Assembly (NCBI GenBank): GCA_037834085.1
Contig: JBBMKC010234931.1
Location: 1-32,377, forward strand
Direction: 5' to 3'
Length of the DNA stretch: 32,377 nucleotides
DNA from: Bipalium vagum
Taxonomy: Eukaryota
Below are positions 1-12,951 of the stretch, piece by piece; within the stretch, counting starts at the first letter, position 1, and every line of letters starts with the position of its first letter. The notes under the pieces were generated by a model, which searched no databases, was not told where the DNA came from, and saw nothing but the letters and a program-made list of their open reading frames with translations. A program made the translations under genes and the position numbers.

Positions 1-72
<72 letters not shown>

Positions 73-90
73 CATCATCATTATTATTAT
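1..90. repeat. (ATT)n microsatellite, truncated by window start
   Basis: Near-perfect ATT repeat with one slip and a short (ATC)3 interruption. Confidence 0.95.
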
Positions 91-588
91 AGCCCAACAA
101 TATTGAGGGGCTTTTGAGCAACTTTAACATCAACAAATCCAGTAATCAATTCCAATTTTTGAGGTTTTGAAATTATTTTCGATATAATCTGAACCTTAGT
201 GAATCTCCATATAACTATACACTTTACTTTAATTACAAATTATATGATCACCATTTACTTTTTGGATAATATGATTATTAATACATTATATCCTGAGATT
301 CTGAAGAACAATAAAATAGTTGAAAAGTTTTATTAAAATGTAATTGAAGTATGGTTAGAATAATTCCAATAAATCAAACTTTTTATTTAACAGTTGATGG
401 CCAATCTGATCTTTGTTCTTTGGAATTAATTTAAAATAAAATAATTTATTAATGAGTTCCATTCGATTTTCTAAAGAAACAAGTTAATATTTAAAGAAAT
501 AAGTGTCAATCTCAATAATATTTTATTGAAAATTTTAAAACTAAATCACATTAATAGCTACCAAATTTATAAAACAAAAAATCTAATA

Positions 589-641
589 TAATAATAATAA
601 CAATAATAATAATAATAATAATAATAAAAATAATAATAATA
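589..641. repeat. (AAT)n microsatellite
   Basis: Imperfect AAT run just 3' of the PTPDC1-like stop codon. Confidence 0.85.
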
Positions 642-651
642 AGCATTTCCT

Positions 652-3600
652 TCATTTATTTATTTGTGAGATTCGCATACATATGACATTTTTTAATATG
701 TTAACAAGATGAGATTTCAATTCAAATGGAAAATCCGAATTTGTATTATGATGTTGAGGAAATTTGACATTCTTATGTGTTAATCTCGAAAATATTATTG
801 CATGGAGATCCCAGATTTCGGATTCATCTAGATTTTGAAACAGGTCAAGGAATTCCATAAACAACGCCAAAGTTCTCCCAACACTCTGAAAATCAAAGAA
901 AATAATTAGATTCAAAAATTTTAAATTTTAATATTAAACATTTTAATATATTTTTAATGTAAAATTCAAAAGAATATTTAATTATCGATATTTGTTGCTA
1001 TTAGGCCACATGAATTTTTAATTTTCAAAATAACAAGATAATAAAAAAAATAATAAAAATAATAATAAAATAAAAAAAAATAATAATAATAAATGCAAAC
1101 TTTAATGATAAAAGAAAAAGCAGAGTAATTTAATTAAAATATTTAAAAGTTAAATAAAATCAATACATTTTTACTTTTTAAAGTTTGATAATACGTATTA
1201 CGTATAATACTGTAAAATTTAAATAATAAAATGACTTCATGAGATTAATTCAATAATTATATAAGTTTTCCACAGGTCTCTGGTCTGTGGAGTTCAGTAA
1301 ATTCAGTTAAATTAATGTTACCATATATCCTTCATAATATCCAAATAATTGACTTGGATCCTTTTCAGTTGCTGCATTAAATTCTTTCTTATGGTATTCG
1401 TTTTTTTCAAAATTAAATGTCATTATGAAATGACCTAACCACAATGAATAAATATAATAATATATCAATATAATAAATATAATTTAATATTTTATTATTA
1501 TTATTATTATTATCACATATTCTACAATTGTAGATTTTTACTAATTATTTCGCTTGATGTTAGAATTCAAATTATTAGTAAAAAAACAGACGCAGATCAT
1601 CTTATTCAACAATTTCTATATCATTCTGCAATTTAAGCAGCTTTTTTGGAGGATCGCATCAACGTACTTATAGTTGTTATAAAAGGATCAATAATTTAGA
1701 AACCACCAACAATTCCAAAACGCACACTAATGGACGATGTTGCTCACTTTGGAAATCACTGAAATAAGTTAATGCAAAAGATATAAAAGTAAATTTTTGT
1801 TTGTAAATTCCATATTTTGTGGTAGAATTAAAGTTTATCTATTAAGCTTTTTGGTGTTAATATGGTCACGTGAAAAATATAAAAGACTTGTGAAAATATT
1901 ATTATTATTAAAAAATTTCTGCTAATATAATAAAAGTCACCGTTTCCAATTTCAAGAACATGTCAATGAAATCCTCGTCATTCCCGATAACCATATTTTC
2001 AATATCTGGATATCGCAAAACGGGAAACTGAAACCAACGAGATTTAATTGTCTCTATCTTTCGACACGATATGAAAGGATTTTACCTTAAGATTGTCCAA
2101 CCAATCGAGAACCAGTTGACAATGCAAATGGATGTCCTTCATTTCATATAGCGTTTTCCATATATCGTCGGTTTTGTTCAGATTTTCCTGGTTTAAAAAT
2201 ATGATTCACAAAATTAAGACATGAACCGTTCATTGATAAAGTACATGTATAAAAAATCACTAAATCTCTTTCGTTTAATTTCAAAAGATACGAGTCTAAA
2301 AGTTATAGGTTACAAATATATTTTAAATATATTATATAGTGAGAAAGAGTTAGTCTTCTGATATAATTAGACGTGCTAATTTGAAATTTCCTAAAAATTA
2401 TATTTTTCATTTGAGGTGGGTCTAGAAAACCAAGGGAATAAATTTCATTTCAAAATCTTTTTAAATTCGTAAATTTACAATGGGTTCTTGCATTAAATAA
2501 TTTTATTTTCAAGACATTTGATTAGTTTCTCTTGTGCCAATTTAAGTATTTCCGTTTTATCACCGATACAGAGATAATTTGAATATCTTACATTTTTTGA
2601 ATCAGATTAAGAAGATAGAAATTAAGACATTAGTGACATTAGTATTAATAATAGAAATAGGGATGTGTACATATCGATATTTTAAGAAGACTAAGAAATG
2701 TCTAATAGGTGGAACGGCTGATGGACAAACAGATTGAAAGAGTGAGAAACAAGTTCCAATGACAAAAAATAAGTGGTCGCTCACCGATTTCAGTAAGAAA
2801 AAAAAAATTACCATAACATGTTTCAGATGCTGTTAATTTGTACTATGGTTTTGCCTATTCAATGATTCATGCTATGGGATATAAAAAATTCTATGCAAAA
2901 TGAATCATTGACAGCTGTCAGATAGGTTTAAAATACTTGAATATTGTTCTCAGTTTCTGTAGATTTTGGTTAAAGACGATGAAACCTAGATCTACCTGCA
3001 CTGGGTTCCTAGAAAGACAGGGCCATGAGCAGTGCGTTCTTTTTAAACATCTAGAGTAAAGTTGCATACAATGTAAAAGAAAACAAAATAATGACAGTTC
3101 TATCCAAAGTCATTATGAAAATGAAACCTAGACTTTTGACAAATCAGATTACTGCAAAAATACGTATCTATTGTTCCTCAACATTCATATAGTTCTGATT
3201 TAGCTTTATATGTGGAACTATGGAAGACTAATCAATTCAACGATTCTATACATCTAATCAAGTTGGAAAAGACTTTGACGTCATGGTTTAAAAACTATCC
3301 TCAGGATTTTTTCCCGTAAAGGATTTAACTGTTGGATTCGAAGATGGCATGTATGTATAGAACGCAACTGAGATTATGTTGAAGACTAGGCTTATGATTT
3401 ATATAGTGTAAATAAAATGCATGAAATATAAATTATTCAACTGACAGCCTTAATTGTTGATGTGTTATAAATGCAGGAGACGTTAACAACTAAAGTCTGT
3501 TGTATTAATTAAGATTATCACGCTAAAATAATAAATTCTTGAAAATTACAAAAATATATGAAATAAATCAATGCAAATATCGTACTTTCATTTCATTCAA

Positions 3601-6600
3601 TATTTCGACATCGATATAAAGAGTTTTGAGGCATTTTAAAATGACCTTAGCACATTTTCTTGTAAAAGGTTCTGAAATAAAAAATACTTAAAATAAAATC
3701 TTTTTAGGTAGTCATTAAGAAGATTTAACTTTGGTTGAATTTTTGAAAAAAATTTTCAATATAATGTTATCTAAAACAAATTCTTTCATAACTTTACTGA
3801 ATCAAATGTGTCACTTCGCCCTTTATATCAAATTATAAAATTATCAAATAAATTGTTTGACCAGGTTCCCTTTGATTCTTTGAAAATCCAAGAAAAGATC
3901 ACCTTTCTTGAAGATAATCTTAACTTTTCAGTCGCTTGTGAAATAACATCATCTGTTTTCTCACATTCTTATCATACGTGATCCATTTTTATTTCTTGTG
4001 AACATATTTTTAAGAAATATTTAAATTTCATTTCTTTTCAACTAACATTCACAAATAGAAATCCTGCTGATTAAATTCTTTTCAGATAATTTTTGATCAC
4101 AAATTTCAAAAATTTTCTTGTAACCAAAAATACTATTATTATCAAAACTATTTGTTGATCTAGTTTGGAGCCTTAGATCAATAAGAGAAAATGAAATGTT
4201 ATACTGGTACTTAAAAAGAAAACACTTTCTAAACATCATAAAAGAATTAAATATTTTCGATTTTCTAGAACTGCTCTCTGATTATCACCTGTCAATAAAT
4301 GCAAACTCAAAGTTTAGGAGAATTCTCTTTCATTATCAACAAAATATTAATTTAATTTCTAATGAGAACTTTGAGGGAAAATTTTGGCAAAAATGTTTAT
4401 ACTCTTATTATGTTTTACAATTAATAACAATAAAATTATTTTCTTTTCTCAAATTTATTATAAATATTGCTTCATAATAACAAAAATACTTTTGAAGCAC
4501 GTTTTTATTCGCTTAATCCATCTGATCAAATGTTGGCGCATAACAAAATTCTCTTTATGGGTTTGAGATGTCTAAATGAAAAGTGGTATTTAAACATTTA
4601 ATAATGCTGACAATAATAATAAATAAACAAAAAAATAAAGAACCACTAATTGTTCAGACTAAAACAAAAAAAGAACTAAATGGAACATAAAACATTTGAT
4701 AGAAAAAATATTTTATACTATCACTATTTAAATTGTTTAAAAGTAAAATTTGATATTTCACAGTGACAGCTTTGAGGAATAACACCCTAAAAATAAAAAT
4801 GAGACTTTTCTTTATTGTCAACACAAAAAATCAACAGATCAATATATTAGATAAAGGTAAACAATATGAAGTCGTTCTAAAATCTTTTATTTATAAAAAA
4901 GTTTACATTTTTTGTTGACCCCAAACCTGACTATGTAGTCCAGTCTACAGTGAACCTCCGACACATTCTCTTGTATATATTTCAGGTCCATTTTTTAAAC
5001 AATAATATATTCTTCGTTTTGGTTTTTGAGATTTTTGGGTACTACAATTCTTATTGTATACAGCTCGCTTCAAATCTACCCATAAACTTCAATTGGTCGC
5101 GCCTCAGGGTCATTTGCCAGATATTCAGGTTTCCCAACAAAGTTCAAGTTCTCATCTCTTAAGTTCTTCAGTGCCTTTATTTCGTAGTGAAATGAGGATA
5201 GATTAAGCCAAAATTCATAATTATGGTGTATCTTGACGAATGGCATGAACGCTTAATGCATTCATTGACGTACACCTCTTTGTTAATTGCCGCTTTGCCG
5301 AAACAAAGTGACTTGAAAACACCTATAGATAAAAAACCTATCCATATAAACATCTTGTCTTCATAGTTTGATTTTAAATGATGCTTAATATTATCTGATG
5401 ATACTGATTTTATTTGAATAATAGGGGCTATCTCCAGCCAGTGTACTATTGAGTAATGTAAAATAGGATTCATCATCTAAAATATTAGGTGTATGCATTA
5501 GTATAAAACTATGTTTTTAATCATTGTTTATATAAATCAACAAATAATCTAAACACAATGTTACTTAAAATTTCGGTAATTTATATTGCATATTTATTAA
5601 GAAAATAAATATTTCGCTTTAATTGTTATATAGAATATCAAAATATTCTGAATTTAGAAATGAGTGACGAAAATATATACTATTGACATTGTATCAGATA
5701 TGAATTTCAGCAAGGAAAAAGTGTTTATGCAGCATCTTAATCCATATGCTTTGTTTTAGGAGAGAAGCCTATTTCTTATAATACATGTAAATATTGATAT
5801 CGCCCATTTAAAGACGGACCTGTTGATGTAAACAGTCTACCACGAACCGGTGATCCATGAAATTGCACCCCGAGACATTGGAAGAACTACTCTGTGAGAA
5901 TATTGCCTACACACAAGAACTTACGAAACAGCTTAGAGTCAACCAAGCAAATGCTAGCAGGCAGTTAATAAGTAAAGAAAAATTCAGAAGGTTGGTAAGT
6001 GGGTGTCATATGAACTCTCAGAAAAAAAAATTTCATGTCGTTTATCAACATGCGCGTCCTTATTAATAGGCAAAGAAAGACTTTCTATGGCAGATCATCT
6101 CTGGAAATGAAAATTAGATTACCTAAGACAATCTAAAGCGCATTCATTCGAGGGTAGACCCCAATATGCCAGCAACTTAAACCGCAAAAGTAAATATTCA
6201 TAACAAAAATATGCTCCTTGGTATTTGGTAGGATATGAGAGGTCCAATTTATTATGATCTTATCAAGATTGGCGAACCAATTAATTCAGAATAATAAAGA
6301 AAAAAGACTTCAATCGAAGGATCGCAGAGGCCAACTTACTGCACGATAATTCCAGACCGCGTGTAGCAAGACTTACGTAGGAGACAATCTCACAATTAGG
6401 TTGGGAAGTACTTCATCATGCGGTTTATTCACCGGACCTGGCTCCTACAGATTACCATCTGTTTAGTTCAATGCAACACTTTTACCCAGTACATCGTTTC
6501 AAAAATGTTATTGAGATTCGAGAATTTCTGGATAATTCTATTGCTTCGAAACCCAGATCATTCTATCGTTCGGGAATTCATCAATTAACTGAAAGATGGA

Positions 6601-9600
6601 AATAAGTGATGGACACAACAACGGATTTTAGTTTGCTGATTTATTTATTATACCTTTGTTATGTAAAAAGAAACTTATTCGCTTTCAAAATATTTTTCTG
6701 TTAAAAATAGACTGATACCTATACATACACCTAATAAAAATAAAATTTATGTATGTCTTGCGAAGATATCGGCATTTGTTTCAGCTGTAATAGTTTCGGT
6801 ATTATTTTTATTAATACACATGATGTCTGTATGTTTCTTTAACATCATTGAAACATACGGCTATAACATTTCAAAGCCTTAACAACTGATTTTTGACAAA
6901 TTCTACAAATATTATTACATTTTTTGCTAACCAATTTTTGTTTGATTTTGTCGCATTTTCCGGTGGACGACCAGTTCCTTTTTTTTCTTTCACAATTATC
7001 ACCATTTTCAACACACGATATTAGCCGATAAACAGTTGATTTTGGTAAGGTTTCCTAAAGGAAAAGTTTGGCAACTAAACTTTTCCCTGAACTTATATTT
7101 TTATTATAAAAATGTGAACACGATTCTTGAGAGTCATTTCTAAAAATGTAATTAATGTAATAATACTGATATTTTTATCTTATTTCTATATATCATTTTA
7201 AACAGCGTGACTTGTTTATCAATTTAGATTAATTTATTGAAGAAAATTATATATTATATTAAGCTACTTAACTTTATAGAAAGTCTCATTTTTTATTTAT
7301 AGAGTGTAGAAAAAAATGTAAAAAATAGAATTTAATAAATTACATTTTTAAAAATGGAATATTGGATTTTGTAATAATTTATTTTGAACATCGAAAAAAA
7401 ACTCACCAAAGGTAGAGGAAAAATTTCATTTGAAGACTTTTCATCTGAAAAGTCAAACCTGAATAAAAATTATTTTAATAAAATCAATTGAGAAATATTT
7501 TATAGTTTTTTTATTTCAGTATATTGGTTTATAAAAGTATGGTTTTCTATTTCTATTATCATTTATAAATTATTTCATCTTTGTTATTATAATTATTATT
7601 AAATTATTAATTAAATTTAAAACTCTTTTTAGACAATAGTTTTTGTTTCATTTTATATACATGAATATAGAAAAATATATTTGATAATGTAAAACTTTTT
7701 ATAGAAACACAAAGTTGTGCTACAATTCGTATCATTAATCTATAATTATATTTGGAACGTTTAAATTTATAAAAATAAATTTTATTGAAAGTTTTTAATA
7801 ATAAGCAAGAAAATAATTACAAGCTTTCATTTTCAGAATCCTGGTCGATCTTCGATAAACTCTTTAGACATAAGAATATGATCTGAAAAATTTAGAAAAC
7901 AATGAAAATATAGTTCAGAAATTGTTTAAATTATTATTAAGCTTCTTATGGCATTGCCAATGGTGAAATAGATATTTTTATTTACATTAGTAATAATACG
8001 TATTATTCTATTAATATAACAGGATTTAGATATTTAAGAAATTAAGTACTCATTTGAATATTCGAGAGATTTGATGTAGACAGCTTTATTTAAATTTTAG
8101 AAGACTTAACTGAAAGACAAGTATTTTCTATGCTAAATATTTTTCATTATTCAGTAATATCTGATTTTCTTAACGTATTTAAATCAAGACATTTTTTAAA
8201 TTATAACTATTTGACTAAATTATTTCTGGATAAAATTATCTTATTTAATTAATCTGATAATTATATTATATTATATTAACTTAATTTTTTATTTTATTGT
8301 TTTTTTATTTTTAAATTGTTTTTCGGTTTATCCGTTATTGATATTAATTTTAGTTCTGCTTTTTCTAAAGCTTTTTCGAGTTTGTTCTTGACGCTTGCAA
8401 ATCTGTTTGAAATGGTATTTTTGATATATTTTTCCTCTTTTTGCTTTTAATTATTTTTTACCATCTCTTTTTGAGTAATTAATTTCTTAGCTGTATAATT
8501 AGTAATTATGAATATTTTCTATCAGATTAAGGATTCTTTATTAATCTTTCTTTAATAAAAATCATTTCTGTCTACCTGTTAATAGTCTGATGTTAACGAA
8601 AATATTAAATAGACTAACCATTTTATTTATTGGTTTTTAGATTTTTTTCCAGAAAACTATTTTTTGAAGTAATAATAATTTTCTTGTTTTTATATAATAG
8701 TTTTTAATTTGTGAATACCTGTTATTTATAATCTTTTGTAATAAAAATATTAATTTTCGTGAAAAGATTTCTTCTTTTAGCCAAATTTGTAACTTTGATT
8801 GATCAAGAATGATATATCAGTTATATAAGTCTCAAATATAAAATTTCATAAATATTTATATGTGAGTATTAAGAGTATAAGAATTAATTGTTAAAAATAT
8901 CAGATAAGAAATTATAGAATTTGACTACTTGTTGAATTTACTCATTTTGTTAAAAATATCTATTGACAACTATTATTTCCCAAATTATTTGAACAGAGAA
9001 TAAGTATAAATATTAATAATTATTTCTTTCATTTAAATAACTAGTTTATAAATTCAAAATAAGTTTACGAGAAGGTGTTTAAGAGACTAGTTTGAAATTC
9101 ACAATTTTTAGGCAGTATTAGAATAAATTTATTTTCATTTTTAAATTATGACAATTTGTTTCAAAACATAAGTTTTAACCTTTGGGACATAATCCAATAC
9201 ATAAGCTTCTTTGCCATGAACAAGTTTTTTCTGACGTCTTACAGCTTCTTGAAGACTAAATTTAGGTTTTGTACCAGATCTAAAGAATGTAATAATACTC
9301 AATTTTAAAAATGTTATCAGGTTGTCATGTTGTAAAAGGAAATACTAAGTTCATTGATTAATTACAATGTTTTAAATGATTTAGACTTTCAATAGTTTTC
9401 TTATATAAGACAATTCAAACTGACAGAAAAATTTTTACTGAACCCAATACAAGGATTAAGTTATTTATCAAATACGTATTTATCCATATTACCTATACAC
9501 TTTTGTCTTTTAATCGGTAATTTGTTGACACCAGTCACATAAACGAATCAATGAACTCCTGGAAGGCCAGTTTTACATTCATAATAAAAAATTCATCAAT

Positions 9601-12600
9601 TTGAAGAAGAAATGGTATTCAGTGGGATCTATGTCAGGTGAGTGTGGAGGGTAATTGGAATTGGAGGGTAATTCCAATTTCAATCCCTGTAATTTTGCTA
9701 CAGTCATTAATACAATTTAGTCTAACATTATCATGCTATAAGATAGGATTTGATCTATTGACTAATATGGTGTTTTTTAAATTCTTCGCATTCTTTTATC
9801 CATTTGATTACAGTATATCTTTGCTTCATTCATGATTTAAAATCATTTAGCTCAAATATAAAAGGTAAAAAATTAGATAAACGGGTTTCACATGAACTCA
9901 ATGTTGGTTTTTGGGCAAAATTCTGATCCATTTTTTGTCACAAGTTTTTTAAATAATATTACATCGAAATGCAATTAATTAAGTTGTTTTTAAATAAGGA
10001 TGAAATCATTTTTAGAAATTCAACTGATTTTAAAACTAGTATATCAAATTCTTTTAATAATTTGGACAGATGATGCTTTTTATAACTGATAAAAATAATT
10101 TATTTGCAAAAATAAAACATTAATAGAAGGGATCATTATTAAAAACTTATATTGGTGGAAATTTTCAATTATTGAAAATATGACATGAGTTTTAATTTTG
10201 ATAATTATAGGGTTATGCAAGTTTATATTTGCATCTAATAAATATTATATAGCAAAAAAATTATAAAAAAAGTCGAGAAAAATAATAAAAATACATTTTA
10301 TTATAGATACATTTTATATAAAAGGTTCCCTTCTACGTGCCTTATCCAACCATTCTCTCATATGTCTTTAAAATCCATGGCATTCTTCGGAATAATTTGC
10401 AGTTGATAGCAATTTTTCCAAAATTTTTCTATTTTCAAATTTCTTTCAACAAATTTTATCCCATTAAATTTTACTTTTATCATCGCAAAAAACTCCTCGA
10501 TAGGATTTAGTTGAGGAGAATATGGAGTTATAAATTTATGTGGAATTCGTTTGTTTCTCAACGTTTCTAAAAGAGCAATTGATTCATGGATGCGAGCGTT
10601 ATCCATTATTAACTTGCATACATGCCACTATAAACATGCACACATGCAAATATAAACTTGCATAACCCTATAATAAATAATAAAAAAAATTGAATTAAAT
10701 ATCTGATACTATAAAGTCCAAAGGAGTAACTCAAATTGTCGGAAGCTGCCATGTTTGCCGATGTCTATGTCGGACGCAAAGGAAAACTAAAAAATGTTGT
10801 AATTCTTGTAATAAGCCCATGTGTGCTGAACACTTGTACAAACTACAGAATATAATTCTTGCTATCAATTAATAAATTACTAATATATTAATATTATTTT
10901 TAGCATTTTGTCTCTATTTTACATTTGTACCTATCCCGCCTTTTATCGACATACTTTGTATTGGTTATTGTTCTGTTGACATAAAATCAATTTATAACAT
11001 GTGGAAATGATGAGAATCGAAATTGTAGAGATGACAAAAAATTCAGATTAATATGACGTCAGGAAAAATAATTAACAATGTTGCAACATGTGAAAAGATA
11101 AATTTGTACCTTTAATCAATTTTAATAATAAAAAGCTTTAATATCTCTATTAAAATTTTTAAGAATCTTTAAATTATAATATTTTTAAAAAATTAATAGA
11201 AGAAACAATTCATTTTTGCAAATTAAATAAATATAAAATTTGTTAAATCAAAATTATAATAAAAATAATTTATGAAATAATTATTAAAATTAAAAATATT
11301 AGAGAAAATTGAAAAAATGAAATTTTAAAATTTATTTTATTTATAGTAATGCATAAATGACTAAGCAGATTCAAGGCCAAATGAAAAAAACCAAAAATTG
11401 AATAAAATTTTGGATGAGCAAATTTTGAATTGAGCAAATTTTTAATTTTGGTTTTAAGTAACTTCAGTTATTTTTACAATAAGGTATTACGAATTACATA
11501 TCTGAAAAACTTCTAAAAATGGAATATATTAATTGTTTGATAAGATACTGATAAACTATCATTACAGTAAAACAAAAAATATGATCTTAGAATTAATAAA
11601 AATAAATTTTTATTAACCTAACTAAAAAATTACATTAATTCATATAATTATTATTAATTTAAATTTTCTGCTTTTTAGTGAAAAGCATTACTGAGTTCAG
11701 GAAATGTTACTAAAAAGTAAAAGTTTAAGGTTACTAAGGAAACCATAATTTATATCGTAATCATCATTATAGCGTCAATATAGTCTATAATTTTGTTTTC
11801 CAATGATAAAGTTGTTTTCGATAAGAATATGTTAATATTGATATTATAATCTTGTGATATTAAGCTCCAGATTTTACATTATTTGGTCATTCAAAAATTT
11901 AATCACATTGTTAATAAAATATGTTAATTTGATTATTTAACAAACTTAAATTTAAAAATTTTAAATTAAAATATATCTTAAATTATTTTAAAATAACTTT
12001 AACATAATTAAAAATTCAACTTTTTTTACTGAAAATATGACAATTTAATAAAATTACTTTATCCAAAAAACCGTTCTTAGTGCTTCAAGATTCTGAGCAA
12101 AGTTTAATATTGTATCAACTTGTAATTTGTTTTGGATTGATCCGCTCCTAGTAATACATAATAATAAATTAATAATACAAATTATTATAAATATAAATAT
12201 AATATAAAAAGATGAAAACTAATAAATATAATTTTATCTTGAAAATTAGATAATTCAGTTTAGAATTCTTTGAATTTCTAGATTCTAGAAGACCGGACTT
12301 ATATAAAAAGAATGATTAAGAAAATTGTTGCTTGCCACTTTTTTTTCTACTGAGATTTTTAATAATAATTTTATCTTTTTAAAAATGAAATTATTTTCTT
12401 ATCAACCTGATAAAATCAAAGAAAGAATAGAATGATTTTGAAAATATTGAGCAATATTATTATTAAAAAATGATAATAATATCATATATTACCTTTTTTT
12501 CCTGACGTAATTGATAGCCTGAACTCCACTTATTCTGTTGTTTAGTGTCAAATAACAGGCAATGACCATTCCAGTTCTTCCTAGAATTTTTCAAAATGAA

Positions 12601-12881
12601 TAAATAATTCTCAAAAACTCTCACCATGACCGGCGTGACAATGAATTGCAATTTTGCCAACAGTCAAACGATGTTGCAATGTCTTCATAATGTCGAACAA
12701 ATATGATATTGGTAAAGTCCCATAATCATCACTAATGGACCGATTTCATCGAATATATTAATTAAAGAATATAAAATATCTATTACCATGGAAAGTTAAA
12801 GTGGTCAACTAAAATGAAAAATAATATTTAACATTATTAAAACTTTTCAAAATCATTTTTGAAAATATTAGAAACAAAATT

Positions 12882-12951
<70 letters not shown>

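Noticed and set aside
1745-1761. hAT/Charlie-like TIR (CAGTGATTTCCAAAGTG on minus)
   Set aside because: No partner TIR or 8-bp TSD found, so an element cannot be delimited.
9645-9682. Direct plus inverted repeat (TGGAGGGTAATT x2, AATTGGAATT/AATTCCAATT) as a regulatory hairpin
   Set aside because: It lies inside a dead mariner and is best explained as a local duplication.
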